Below, one piece after another: positions 44,096 to 57,952 of a stretch of 64,000 bases of DNA. A program made the position numbers and the translations under genes. The DNA comes from Malacoraja senta (lineage: Eukaryota), in contig CM075989.1 in the NCBI GenBank assembly GCA_038087875.1, positions 6,014,001 to 6,078,000 on the forward strand. Reading direction: 5' to 3'. A model generated the notes under the pieces. That model saw only the letters and a list, made by a program, of their open reading frames with translations, did not search any database and was not told where the DNA came from. Every line of letters starts with the position of its first letter. The first letter of the stretch is position 1.

Positions 44096-44392
44096 AAGGT
44101 CCTTCCCCCATCCACACATCAGGAACGCAATAGAATACTCATGATCAAGTGATGAGTGCAGTTTCAAAAACTGTCACGAAACTTAACTGCAGGCAGGATA
44201 AAGTAAAGATAGACACAAGGCTGGAGTAACTCAGCGGGTCAGATACCATCTCTGGAGAAAAGGAATAGGTGACGTTTCTGGCCGAGATCCTTCTTCAGAA
44301 AGGGTCAAGTAGTTTGCCTAATGCATACCTGTGTGACATCCATTATCTCAGGTGTTCTTCTCCATCATAACCAATGCACTGTAGCCACATTA

Positions 44393-44931
44393 TTTAGTTT
44401 AGTGTAGAGATACAGCGCAGAAACGGGCCCTTCGGCCCACCGAGTCCGCGCCGACCAGTGATCCCCACACACTAAAGGGCTTGTCCCACTTTCACGACCT
44501 AATTCACGACCTTTTTTACTCGTGGACATTTTTCATCAGGCTAGAAAAACGCCCCGACCTACTTGATGCCACGAGTACCTACGACTAGCATCACGACCTG
44601 CTACGACCTACCTACGACCTCCTACAACCTCGTGACGACCGTGCTGCGAGTATGAGTCAAGGGCGAACTCGTCAGAGGTCGTGAATTAGGTCGTGAAAGT
44701 TGGACAGGCCCTTTACACTATCCCACACACACTGGGGACAATTTACAATATCATCAAAGCCAATTCGCCTACATCTTTGGAGTGTGGGGGGAAACCAGAG
44801 CACCCGGAGAAAACCCACGCAGGTCACGATGGAGAACGTACAAACTGCACACAGACAGCACCCGTAGTCAGGATCGAACCTGGGTCTCTGGCTCTGTAAG
44901 ACATGAACTCTACCGCTGCGCCACCTTGCCG
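44393..44931 (-). mobile_element. V-SINE interrupted by a MITE
   Basis: Continuous once 44476-44712 is removed. Confidence 0.9.
44476..44712. mobile_element. Short MITE inserted in a V-SINE
   Basis: AGGGCTTGTCCCACTTTCACGACCTAATTCACGACC...GGTCGTGAATTAGGTCGTGAAAGTTGGACAGGCCCT. Confidence 0.9.
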
Positions 44932-45644
44932 CTCAAATTGGTTGGAAACCATTTTGGAATATATTTAGTTCATGAAGGGCACCTATAAATGCTGCAGCTT
45001 TCTTCCATGAAGGAACAAATCACAATGGCTGCTGTATCTACTTAAGTTCTTATCCTTCACTGTATGAACGTCATTCGGCAATGTTTTAAAGTGTTTTCAG
45101 GAAATATATTAATATGTGTCCTTTTTGTCCCTGTGCAAGACAGGGGAATTTTATTTTAACTACAGTTTGTCATTAGTGTTATATTATATTATAAATAAGC
45201 TGTCAGGCTTAATGTTTTTCTTAGTTTGTCTGCCTTAACCTATATTGATATGCTGCACTTACTGAGCGAAACTCTCCACTCCGAAAATGTGCCATTTATA
45301 ATTAAGCTGACTAATTTAATTTTTACATTTAGCCGCTTGATATTGTCTGGAGTATTTTCCACAACACGATTATCCGCCCTGAAATGGATCACAAAAGCTC
45401 TGAACTCATTAAATTATGAACCATTTTATTCCCACCCCCGGCCTCTTCCCGTCCCAGACAGCTCTGCTGATTAATGGAACAGAACTGTACGGACATGAAG
45501 CACCCAGGTGAGGCCGTGTTGAATGTAGCTGAGAAACAGCCCCCCCGGCAAACAACCGTTGCCGATCCCTTCCACGACTCATGCCGAGACGTGCACGGTG
45601 TCGTTGGCTGAGACCTGAACTCGCATGACTTTGCGAAGTCGGGG

Positions 45645-46210
45645 GTTAGTTTATTGTCACGTGTGCAGAGGTACAGTGGAAAGCTGTGGTCGCCTGCTAA
45701 CCGGTCAGCGGGAACACTATGCATGATTACGGTCCTGCCGTCCACAGGGTGCAGATACAGGAGAGAGGAATACCATTTCGTGCAAGATACAGTCGAGTAT
45801 CAGAGATAGTCCAAGTGTCTCCAGTGAGGTACAGTAGCTCACGACCGCTCTCTAATTGTTGGTAACAGCCGGGAAGAAACTGCCCCTGAATCTCAACGCA
45901 TATTTTTAAGGCGGAGAGGGATAGATTCTTGATTAGTACAGTTGTCAGGGGTTACGGGGAGAGGCCAAGAGAATGGGGTTAGGAAGGTGGCCCAGCCATG
46001 ATTGAATGGTGGAGTAGACTGAATGGTCAGAATGGCCTCATTATGTTCCTATCACTTATGAACATGAACTTATTGATGTGGAGGTGTGCGTTTTCACTTC
46101 TATACCTCTTGCCTGATGGGAGAGGGGAGAAGAGGGAGTGACAGGGGTGAGACTCGTCCTTGATTATGTTGCTGGCCTTGCCGAGGCAGCGTGAGGTTTA
46201 GATGGAGTCA
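45645..46210 (-). mobile_element. Rex1 3' end interrupted by a CR1 3' fragment (about 45895-46075)
   Basis: Colinear with 50955-51370. Confidence 0.8.
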
Positions 46211-46754
46211 ATGGAAGAAATGTTAATTATTTTGGGGGGATCGATGGTGGTGGTGGGGGGGGGGGGGATGTGAGGGGCTTTGCTACACAGCTGTGTTAGG
46301 CTGTTCTAAATTGAAACCATGATATCACCCAATGGAAATCTACTAAGAACCGCAGATGCGGGAAATCTGAAACAAAAACTGAAAATGCTTGAAACACTCA
46401 GATGGTCAGGCAGTGTCTGGGGAGAGAGAAGCAGAGTAAATGTTTCGGTTGGAAGCCACTTTCTTTATAGTATCAGTGTGCCTCAGCAATTGGACACTCA
46501 GGTTGTAGTTAAAGAATTCTGCATACTCGTCCGCGTACAGTGAATGAAGCATAAAGTATGGGCTGATATTTGTCTACCACCAGTGCCGTGCCTCAGTGGT
46601 AGTGTTGCCGACCTCCATATGGCAGGAAGCCAAACACTCACTGGGACAACTCTGGGGGCAATGAAAGGATCCTACAACATACATGAAGAAGATCACGCAT
46701 GGTTTTCTAACGTGTCCTGACCAATAAATATCCTTCTGATAGCATTAATGTCTA

Positions 46755-48023
<1,269 letters not shown>

Positions 48024-48495
48024 GAATGTGCAGCCTCAGCCAGACACATCTCAGAGCTCACTGGTCTTCCTGTGTATTGTTATGCATGTTCCTGCAGTTA
48101 CAATAAATAACCTACAAAGACATATGGAATGCATGTGTTTAATCAGTTCCCTAACATGTTTTGTGTCAGAAGGAAATGCAGACGCTGGTTTAAACCAAAG
48201 ATAGTCACAAAAAGCTGGAGTAACTTAATGGGACAGGCAGCATCTCTAGAGAGAAGGAATGTTTTCTCCTTATCAGAGAGAATCAAACTTGTGGGCATAG
48301 ATTCAGGGCGAGGTGTGTGAGATTTTGAGGGATTTGAGAGGCACCTTTATCACCCAAAACGTAGGGAGTACCTGGAATGCGCTGACAGAGAGAGTGGTGC
48401 AAACACATACATTGAACAGCATTTAGGAGATGTCCAAATGAGCCTTTCAATTGAGCACGTGAAGACCAGAGGCCGTGCTGGATGATGGCATTAAT

Positions 48496-48816
48496 GGGCG
48501 GCACAGGTGTCATTAGCAGTAGAGTTACTGCCTTACAGCGCCAGAGACCCGAGTTCAATCCCGACTAAGGGTGCTGTCCGTATGGAGTTTGTAAGTTCGC
48601 CCCGTGACCTGCGTGGGTTTTCACCGAGATCTTCAGTTTCTTTCCACACTCCAAAGCCGTACAGGTTTATAGTTTAATTGTATAACTGTAAAATTGTCCA
48701 TCGTGTGTGTATGGTAGTGCTAATGTGCAGGGATCGCTGGTCGGCGTGGACTACGTGGGTCGAAGGGCCTGTATTGCTAAACTAAATTAAAGGGTCTCTA
48801 AACTGAACTGAACTAA
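48496..48816 (+). mobile_element. V-SINE
   Basis: B box GAGTTCAATCCC, V-domain, tail. Confidence 0.88.
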
Positions 48817-48829
48817 AAGAAAGTAGTAA

Positions 48830-49048
48830 GAATGAACTGCAGATGCTGGTAAAATCGAAGATAGACACAAAATGCTGGAGTAACTCAGCGGGTCAAGCAG
48901 CATCTCTGGAGAGAAGGAATGGGCGACGTTTCGGATCGAGACCCTTCTTCAGACTGAAGAAGGGTCTCGACCCAAAACGTCACATATTCCTTCCCTCCAG
49001 AGATGCTGCTTGACCCGCTGAGTTACTCCAGAATTTTGTGCCTACCTA
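48830..49048. mobile_element. Palindromic pair of PLE termini
   Basis: Arms of about 95 bp symmetric about CTTCTTCAG-A-CTGAAGAAG (centre 48953). Confidence 0.85.
48925..48952 (-). ncRNA. Minimal hammerhead ribozyme motif
   Basis: Reverse complement is CTGAAGAAGGGTCTCGATCCGAAACGTC; the plus-strand partner at 48954-48981 has GAAA changed to AAAA. Confidence 0.7.
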
Positions 49049-49596
49049 AACTAAAAGAAAGACTGGTCAGCATGGATGTGATGGGCCGAATGGCCTCTTT
49101 CCATGCTGCATAACAGCATGTAATTAAGAAAAACACTCCCACACTAAACCCAAAATAAATATACAAATCTGGAAGTTGAGGCTCATGTTTGATTGTGAAA
49201 TGTAATCCCTCTGTAGCTTTGAAAAAAACAAAGCCTTTTCTCCACAGGATAATTATGGAAGAAGCATTGGTATTTATAGACTGTTCAAGCAAGCCAAAGT
49301 TATAACTTGGGGCTGTGTGATTACAGTTAAGCAGAATTACTGTATGTTATTAGTCGTAAATAGATGTCTGAAGGAAACACAATTTGTCAACAGTGTGGTT
49401 AATGCAATTAGCTTGCTGCCTGGAACTACTGGCTAATAAATGGTTTGCACTGAATACAGAAGCATTGGACTAAATTCATCGTTACATTAACAATAATAAA
49501 TTGGATAGCATCACCATGTCAGCGCACTGCATCAATGGTATTTGGAAAATCCGATTCCAATCACTCCGTGAAAACCAAACAAAAACAGCACTGGTT

Positions 49597-49988
49597 TCAA
49601 GGAGCTCCGGAGCGTTGGGCCGCTGCTCCAACACCACGGAGCTGTGGTTTGGAGAGCATCCAGCGCGGCTGGCGCTGAACAACATCGCTGAGTCCTGAGG
49701 CCCTTTGCCGAAGGCCGCCAACGTTGAATCTCTGCCCAGTGCGGCCTGCGGATTTCGGGAGGCCGCAGCCGCTGGCCAAGTGTCCAAGCCGCTGAGGACG
49801 TCCTCCAGTCCTGACGTCGGACATCCAACACCCCGGCGAGCGGGCCTGAACATCGGGCCGCCCGTAGCGGCGACAGCGGGGGGGTTCGGGAGCCCCCCCC
49901 CCCCGACCACGGGAGGACAACAGAGGAGGATGACTGAATTTTTGGAGCCTTCCCTCATAGTGGGAAACTTTGATCTCCCTGTGTGGGG
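49597..49988 (+). mobile_element. Internal fragment of the GC-rich retroposon
   Basis: Colinear with about 31800-32180. Confidence 0.75.
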
Positions 49989-50382
49989 GTAACTCAGCGG
50001 AACAGGCAGTATCTCTGGAGAGAAGGGAATGGGTGTCCTCCAGAGATGCTGCCTGTCCCGCTGAGTTACTCCAGCATTTCGTGTCGATCTTCGGTATAAA
50101 ACCAGCCTCTGCAGTTCCCTCCCACACCAGGCTCACAGGGATATGGGCCAAGCACGGGCAAATGGTGTAGGAGGGAACTACGGTTGTGAGTTTACATCAG
50201 AGTTAGACACAAAATGGTGGAGTAACTCAGCGGGTCAGGCTGCATCTCGGGAGAAACATCACCTATTCCTTCTCTCCAGAGATGCTGCCTAACCCGCTGA
50301 GTTACTCCAGTATTTTGTGCCTATCTGCTTTCAAATGGGACTAGCTTAGATGGAGCATCTTGGTCTGTATGGACGGGTGTTA

Positions 50383-50622
50383 AAGGGCCCTGTCCCACTT
50401 TCACGACCTAATTCACGACCTCTGCCGAGTTTGCCCTTGACTCGTACTCGCAGCATGGTCGTCACGACGACGTAGGAGGTCGTAGGTAGGTCGTAGGTAG
50501 GCCGTGATGCTAGTCGTAGGTACTCGTGGCATCAAGTAGGTCGGGGCATTTTTCTAGCCTGATGAAAAATGTCCACGAGTAAAAACGGTCGTGAATTAGG
50601 TCGTGAAAGTGGGGCAGGCCCT
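50383..50622. mobile_element. Short MITE, inverted sibling of 44476-44712, TTA TSD
   Basis: Near reverse complement of 44476-44712. Confidence 0.9.
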
Positions 50623-50954
50623 TTAGGCCGGAGGGCCTGTTTTCATTCTGTCTGACTCAATGACTCTCTAATCCAAATCTAAAATTGTCAGTGGAAATAT
50701 TAGGGGTCAAACGCTTGACTATTTCAGAAGATATTCCTGGTATTTTAACTGAGTTAATATCTCTCTTAAAATAAGGCTCCCACCTGTCGGTATCCATCTG
50801 CAGAGGTCATTTCTGAATCACTACAATTTTTTTAATTAAATGTTTTAAATTGCTCTTATTGTAAAAAAAAAAGTGGACAGAGGCTTTTAATAATCCGAAG
50901 AGAGGAATAACTCTGAAATTCAGAAAGAGGTGGAATGGGAAATGCGGGACTTAA

Positions 50955-51370
50955 TTTAGTTCAGTTTAGTTTGGTTTATTGTCACGTGTACCGAGGTACA
51001 GTGAAAAGCTTTTGGTGCATGCTGTCCAGTCAGCAGAAAGACAATACATGATTACAATCGAGCCATTTACAGTGTATAGATACATGATAAGGGAATAATG
51101 TTTAGTGCAAGGTAAAGCCAACAAAGTCCGATCAAGGATAGTCCGAGGGTCACCAAAGAGGTAGATAGTAGTTGAGGACTGCTCTCTGGTTGTGGTAGGA
51201 TGATTCAGTTGCCTGATAACAGCTGGGAAGAAGCTGTCCCTGAATCTGGAGGTGTGCGTTTTCACACTTCTGTACTTTTTGCCTGATGGGAGAGGGGAGA
51301 AGAGGGAGTGGTCAGGGTGCGACTCGTCCTTGATTATGCTGGTGGTCTTGCCGAAGCAGTGGGAAATGTG
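50955..51370 (-). mobile_element. Rex1/Babar LINE 3' end
   Basis: IIKDESHPDHSLFSPLPSGKKYRSVKTHTSRFRDSFFPAVIRQLN; tail TTTCACTGTACCTCGGTACACGTGACAATAAA. Confidence 0.85.
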
Positions 51371-52260
51371 TACAACAGAAGGGTGAGGAGTAGGGTAACT
51401 GGGAAATAGTGGGAGAAATGGGAGCACACCGGGATGAGGAGGGGGTGGAACAGGAAAGAGGGAGGGCCCTGCCCCATCTCTCCTCCAGCTTTCTCCCCCC
51501 CTACTTCAATCAGCCTGAAATGCCGTCTATCCACGTTCTCCAAAGATGCTGCCTGACCCGCTGAGTTACTCCAGCACATTGTGACTTTTTTTTGTAACCC
51601 AGCATCTGCAGTTCCTTGTATCCACTCCATTAAAGCAACGTAATTACATTTGAAGAGCAGCAAGGAAATTAGGTTCTCAATTAGGCCATTGGGATCAGGT
51701 GGCAAAAGGCCCCCGAGGCCTTCCTGCTGAGAGAGCTGCAGGTGTCTAGGAATAAGCCTGATCTCTTCTGAGAATTATTAAGCATTGCCTCCAAGCAATT
51801 GGAAGGGCCAGAGGTTTAAAGTTTCACTGCAGAGCTGTAAGAGGAAGCAGAGGCGCACAATGGATTAGCTCTTTGTAAAGTGTCTGGATTGAATGGCAAG
51901 CAGTGATAAGGATGCAATTTGTAGTTGGACATAATGATTTTATCTGCAGCGCTGAACTGGGGCTGAACAAAGGAGCTGAGGGAATTTGCTTTGAACAGGA
52001 CTGCCTGGGTGGAAGGCTTGGCTGGATTCTTTTCAAGATCCTGTGAAAGAGTATATTTTTAACAGTGAAGGACTCCAGCCCACAGAGTGAATAGAGCGAG
52101 CTCCTCTTACCTGTAAATTTAACACTTAACAGGCAGGTACACACAGCTGGAAACCCCGCAGATAGATACAGAAAGCTGGAGTAACTCAGCGGGTCAGGCG
52201 GCATCTCTGGACAGAAGGAATGGGTGACGTTTCGAGGACTAGAGGACACAGGTTTATGCT

Positions 52261-52430
52261 TCTTCTTCTTCCTCGTGTCCGGCCATCTTCTATATCACGT
52301 CTTTCCGGTCGGTCAGTGACGGTTGACGGTCGGTGGTTGCAGAATTGGCTACTTCAGTCAGTCACTGTGGTACAGTTTCTGTCGTCAGCATTGCCCGGGA
52401 TGCGCCACGTGGAGGCTTCTGCTTGCATCC
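52261..52430 (-). mobile_element. 170-bp retroposon with (GAA)n tail, possibly Vingi/Ingi-derived
   Basis: CAGGTTTA(T/C)GCT duplicated at 52249-52260 and 52431-52442; 3' end GGACACGAGGAAGAAGAAG. Confidence 0.6.
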
Positions 52431-52710
52431 CAGGTTTACGCTGAGAGGGTCAAAATTTAAAGGGGATGTGCGGGGCATGTTTTTTTGACAAAGACAGTGG
52501 TGGGGTGCCTGGAACGCCCTGCAAGGGTGGTAGTGGAGGCAGAAGCGATAATGGCTTTCAGGAGGCCTTTAGATAGGCACATGTATATGTCGGGAATGGA
52601 GGGATACGGATCACATGCAGGCAGAGGAGCTTAGTTTATCTTGCCATCCATCATGTCCGGCACAGACATTGTGGGCCGAATGGCCTCTTCCTGTGCTGCA
52701 CTCTTCCATA

Positions 52711-52935
52711 GATAGACATAAAGTGCTGGAGTAACTCAGCAGGTCAGGCAGCATCTCTCGAGAAAACGAATAGGTGACATTTTGCGTCGGGACCCTTCTT
52801 CAGACTCTGTAGAAGGGTTCTGACCCGAAACGTCACCCATCCTTTTTCTCCAGAGATGCTGCCTGTCCTGCTGCTGTACTCCAGCATTTTGTGTCTATCT
52901 TCGGTATAAACCAGCATCGGCAGTTGCTTCATACA
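52711..52935. mobile_element. Inverted pair of PLE termini
   Basis: Arms meet at CTTCTTCAGACTCTGTAGAAGGG. Confidence 0.8.
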
Positions 52936-53137
52936 CACTGTACTCTTCCATGTTCTACAGAATATATCTTGCAGAACCATTAGCAAACAACTCATCCAAA
53001 GATCCTCGCCGCATCGTGATGTGCATTGATCCCTTTTCTCTTCTGACGTTGATCTACATTAGAACGCAGAACGGCAGCAACTCACCTTCTTGTCATGTTC
53101 CAATCTCTCCGCACCTTTGCCTCTCCTTATCTCTTTC

Positions 53138-53464
53138 GGCCAGCTCACGGTGGCGCAGCGGTAGAGTTGCCGCCTTACAGCGAATGCAGCGCCCGAGACC
53201 CGGGTTCGATCCCGACTACGGGTGCTGTCGGTACCTTCCCCCCGTGACCCTGCGTGGGGTTTTCTCCGAGATCTTCGGTTTCCTCCCACACTCCAAAGAC
53301 GCACAGGTTTGTAGGTTAATTGGCTTGGTAAATGTAAAAATTGTCCGGGCTAGTGGGTGTAGGATATTGTTAATGTGCGGGGATCGTTGGTCGGCGCGGG
53401 CCCAGTGGGCCTAAAGGCCTGTTTCCGTGCTGTATCTCTAAACTAAACTAAATTAAATTAAACT
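53138..53464 (+). mobile_element. V-SINE
   Basis: A box TGGCGCAGCGG, B box GGTTCGATCCC, tail. Confidence 0.9.
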
Positions 53465-53748
53465 GTAATGCCATCCAACATGAAACCCCCCAGGATAACT
53501 GCGCTCCTCTAACTCCAGCCTAGAACAAAGGGGGACCCAGTATGGAAGGGGCCACCGAGTACTAAGGGGGTCCCGGCGGGAGGAGGCTCCAAGAACTGAA
53601 GGGGAGCCTGCGTGGTGACGAAGAAGGGATGAGTACTTTTAGTTACTGGTCTTTAGGGCGATTCTTTTGTGTACTTCGTATGCAAAGACAAAGACTTTCA
53701 CTCAACCTCGGTAGAAGTGACAATAATGTTTCATCATCATTAACCATC

Positions 53749-54067
53749 TTTAGTTTAATGTAGTTTGAAGACACAGCTCAGAAACAGGCCCTTGGGCCCG
53801 CCGAGTCCACGCCGGCCAGCGATCCCTGCACACTAACACTATCCCATACACACACACATGAGGGACAATTTTACATTTACACTGAAGCCAATAAGCCGAC
53901 AGACCTGTATGTCTTTGGAGTGTAAGAGGAAACCAAAGATCTCGGAGAAAAGCCGCGCAGGTCACGGGGAGAACGTACAAACTCCGTTCTTGACAAGCAC
54001 CCGTAGTCAGGATCGAACCCGGGGTCTCTGGTTCCGTGAGGCGGCAACTCTACTGCTGCGTCACCGA
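53749..54067 (-). mobile_element. V-SINE
   Basis: Match to the other copies; inverted relative to 53138-53464. Confidence 0.88.
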
Positions 54068-54917
54068 TCTTATATCCCCAATATGCATCACTCAACTATA
54101 GAGGGTGTGAGGCCTCCCAGTACCAAGACCCTGATGGTTTGGAATTTCCCCACTAATCCTGTCCCGCTGCCTCTCCTCCTTCATTGGTTGGTGAGCATCA
54201 GCCTCTCCAACAAAGCTTCTGTCTAACTTGTCTCAATGTGCCCCTGCATGGCTCAGAGTTATAGCTCTTCTGCTCCGTGGCCACAAATCAAAATCTGCCC
54301 GCAGGTGTCTCATAAATTTCACCCGAGTGGCCTTCTGAGAACAGGGAGAAATAGTGGGAGTTGCTGGGTCCAAGGTCCAACAGATGCATGAGTCAGGCTG
54401 TTCCAGGCTGCATTCCAGAGCAGAGTCTCTCAGGTGACAGAAATCTCTAGAGGGGAAGAAATCTGTGGGAAACCTGGCCGTTGGGAATCCGCACAGATTT
54501 TTTTTTATGGACTGAGAGAGGTTAAACAGTTCCCGAGGAGCTCTGGTGTGAAGTAACTGGGGCCCACAGTCATGCAGAACTAATGGGCTGCAAATGTGCA
54601 ACAGCTGAAGATGTTTGGAATGAACCTTCCCTCATGTTTACTGGAGGATGCTATTCAGCTTTAGGCCTCCTATTAATTGGCATTTGGAGGAGGCTTAAAT
54701 CAAGGTCTGGGGACATTTGAGAGACCACCACCTGTTGGCTCCTCTGCATGCCGACTGGGAAATACAATGTTGGCCCTTCATCCTCGTTGAGTCCAAGCTC
54801 ACCCCAGACAATATGTTCGCCACTGTGGTGGTCCAACATGGCAGCCCACCACCATCTCCTCAAGGGCAATGAGTTTAGTTTCGAGATACACCTCAATATC
54901 TCTCGGTGTGAGATTTA

Positions 54918-55735
54918 AGGAACTGCAGACGCAGATTTATACAAGAAAAAAGAAAACAAAGTGCTGGAGTAACTCAGCAGGTCAGGCGGAATCCCTGGAG
55001 AACAAGGATAGGTGATGTTTCGGGTCGGGACCCTTCTTCAGGTCCCGAACTAAAACATCACCTGTCCACGTTCTCCAGAGATGCTGCCTGACCCGCTGAG
55101 TTACTCCAGCATTTTGCGTCTCTTTTTTTCTAACCAGCATCTGCAGTTCCTTGTTTCCACTATTTATGACAAGCCACCTTCAGTAATCTTGGTGACAACA
55201 GAAAGCTATAGTCTTCTAGGGATAGACACAAAATGCTGGAGTAACTCAGCAGGTCAGGCAGCATCCCTGGAGAAAAGGAATAGGTCACTTTTCGGGTCGG
55301 AACCCTTCTTCAGATAGGAAGGCCCGGGTCTGACCCGAAACGTCACCCATTCCTTTTCTCCAGAGAGAGGAGGACGGTGGAATCGATGGTCAAAGTCCGC
55401 GGGGAGTAGAGTCCGGGTCAGCGGGCGAGGCGTGGGAGGTCCCGGTGGGCGGATGGTCGGTGGGGCGGCGCGGTTCGGTGGGCCCGGAGAGGCGGACGAG
55501 GTGAGTCAGCCACGGTGCGGTGGCGATGTTCGATGGGCCGGGTGCGGCTTCTGAAGAAGGGTTTAGGCCCGAAACGTTGCCTATTTCCTTCGCTCCATAG
55601 ATGCTGCCGCACCCGCTGAGTTTCTCCAGCACTTTTGTCTACCTTTTCTCCAGAGATGCTGCCTGACCTGCAGAGTTACTCCAGCACTTTGGGCTTATCT
55701 TCGGTATAAACCGGCTTCTGCAGTTCCTTCCTACA
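54918..55735. mobile_element. Cluster of PLE terminal palindromes with a nested GC-rich fragment (about 55368-55550)
   Basis: Two inverted pairs; the second is split by an insert. Confidence 0.7.
55551..55578 (+). ncRNA. Minimal hammerhead ribozyme motif, second subfamily
   Basis: CTGAAGAAGGGTTTAGGCCCGAAACGTT; helix II GGGT/GCCC, palindrome AACGTT, GUU triplet. Confidence 0.7.
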
Positions 55736-56304
55736 CAGTCTTCTAATGAAGTCGGATTGAAATATAAAAAGATTAAAATGTGGCACTTAAACTGCTGAAC
55801 ATTATCTTCCTGCGATCCTAAATTATATTAGCATTAATGTGAGCATTATGTTGCCAAACCACAATATCAGCTCATGATTGTATCTGTACTTTTTTTCCTT
55901 TGCAGATAAAACTCAAAGAGGCTGTGAATGGATACCAACTACTTCTCAGCTCTTTATCTCCAATGCATGAATTACTCTGTAGTGGCATTAGTCAAAGTGT
56001 GGATAATGGATACACATTTCACATCTCTTTGTTTCATGGCCTTTTATCATGTACCTTTGCCAAAAACATAGCTCAGATATAGTGCTGCTTTCCATCCAGA
56101 AGCAAGAAACTAGCACAAAAAAAAGAAGGGTCTCAACCCGAAACGTCGCCTATTTCCTTCGCTCCATAGATGCTGCCTCACCCGCTGAGTTTCTCCAGCA
56201 TTTTTGTCTACCTTCGATTTTCCAGCATCTGCAGTTCCATCTTAAACAAACAAACAAAAAAAATCACCTGTGTGTTTGGCAGGGCTGGTCTTCAGCAGTG
56301 AATC

Positions 56305-57305
56305 GAGAACTAGAGGACATAGGTTTAAGGTGAAGGGGGAAAGAGAATTTTAAGGAATCTGAGGGGGTAACTATTTCATGCATAGGGTGGTGGGTGTATG
56401 AAATGAGCTGCAGGAAGAGGGAGTTGAGGCAGGGACTATCGCAACATTTACGAAGCAATTAGATAGGTACATTGATAGGACATGTTTAAAGGAATATGGG
56501 CCATATGCAGGCAAGTGGGCCTAGTGTAAGGTAATAAGACCATGTGATAGGAGAATTAGGCCATTCGACCCTTCAAGTCTACTCCGCCATTCAATCGTGG
56601 CTGATCTCTCTCTCCTATTCTCCTGACTTCTCCCCTGACACCCGTACTAATCAAGAATCTATCTATCTCTGCCTTAAAAATATCCATTGACTTGGCCTCC
56701 ACGGTCTTCTGTGGCAAAGAATTCCACAGATTCACCACCCTCTGACAAAAGAAACTCCTCCTCATCTCCCTCTTAAAGGAACATCCTTTAATTCTGAGGC
56801 TATGACCTCTGGTCCTAGACTCTCCCACTAGTGGAAACATCCTCTCCACATCAATAGACAATAGGTGCAGGAGTTGGCCATTCAGCCGTTCGAGCCAGCA
56901 CCGCCATTCAATGTGATCATGGCTGATCATCCCTCTATCTCCAGACTCCGCTATCATTAACAGCCCTATCTAGTTCTCTCTTGAAAGTATCCAGAGAACC
57001 GGCCTCCACCACCCTCTGAGGCAGAGAATTCCACAGACTCACAATTCTCGGTGTGAAAAATTGTTTCCTCATCTCCGTTCTAAATGGCTTACTCCTTATT
57101 CTTAAACTGTGGCCCCTGGTTCTGGACTCCCCCCAACATCGGGAACATCCTCTCCACCCAATCTATTTCACTATTCGGTAAGTTTCAATGAGGTCCCCCC
57201 CTCATCCATCTAAACTCCAGCGAGTACAGGCCCAGTGCCGTCAAACATAGAAGGGATAAGTTGGTCGCCGTGGGCAAGTTGGGCCGAAGGGCCTGTTTCC
57301 ATACT
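56305..57305. mobile_element. Nested CR1 3' fragments
   Basis: RTRGHSLRIKG...QRVVNLWNSLP on minus; an outer plus-strand copy. Confidence 0.85.
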
Positions 57306-57952
57306 GGAAAATTCTGTGATTCAATGGCTATGCAATGTACCAGTACGTCTAAAAAGTTAATTGTCCCTATTTCATTTTTCAGCCAGGGCGACATGTATTT
57401 GATTATGAATCGTGCGTATCAGCTCTATTTTTATCTTCAAAAAATAACACTGACCCTAAGCTTACTGATGCCTGGTTCAAAGGAATAGTCTTTCGACCTG
57501 AAATATTAAGTCTTTGTCTTTTCGTCCAGGCTGCAGAATGTGCGGAGATTCAACAGCATTTTCTGCTTAATTTCCACGATACTCAGCCTTGCTATGTTGA
57601 ATTTTGTTGAATTTATTCCTAACAATTTCATCCATCTGCCATTCAATGGTTAATATTCAAGTTGATGTTAATCGGTTGAGGACTTGATCTCATGAGACAT
57701 GCAGTAGACATTTCTATGAGTGGGTCCATCTCACGATCTCAGTGCAATGTTTTTGGAATAGGCAAGGAGTATTAATCCCAGGATAAGTGGTTGGGCATAT
57801 AGGTATGGATAAGTAGTTGTAGAAATTGCATACAAAATGTGTAGGAAGGAACTTCAGATGCTGGTTTACACAGAAGATTTATTTTGTTCTTTCATTCATT
57901 TGTTCTTTGTGCCTTTCCATACCTCTAGTTTCCCTCTCCCCTGAGTCTGAAA

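Noticed and set aside
53145..53220. tRNA-like sequence with A and B boxes
   Set aside because: It is the head of a V-SINE, followed by body and tail; not a tRNA gene.
55890..56082. Strong splice-acceptor-like TTTTTTCCTTTGCAG followed by a 60-aa ORF
   Set aside because: No recognisable protein in any frame and no convincing donor; needs RNA-seq.
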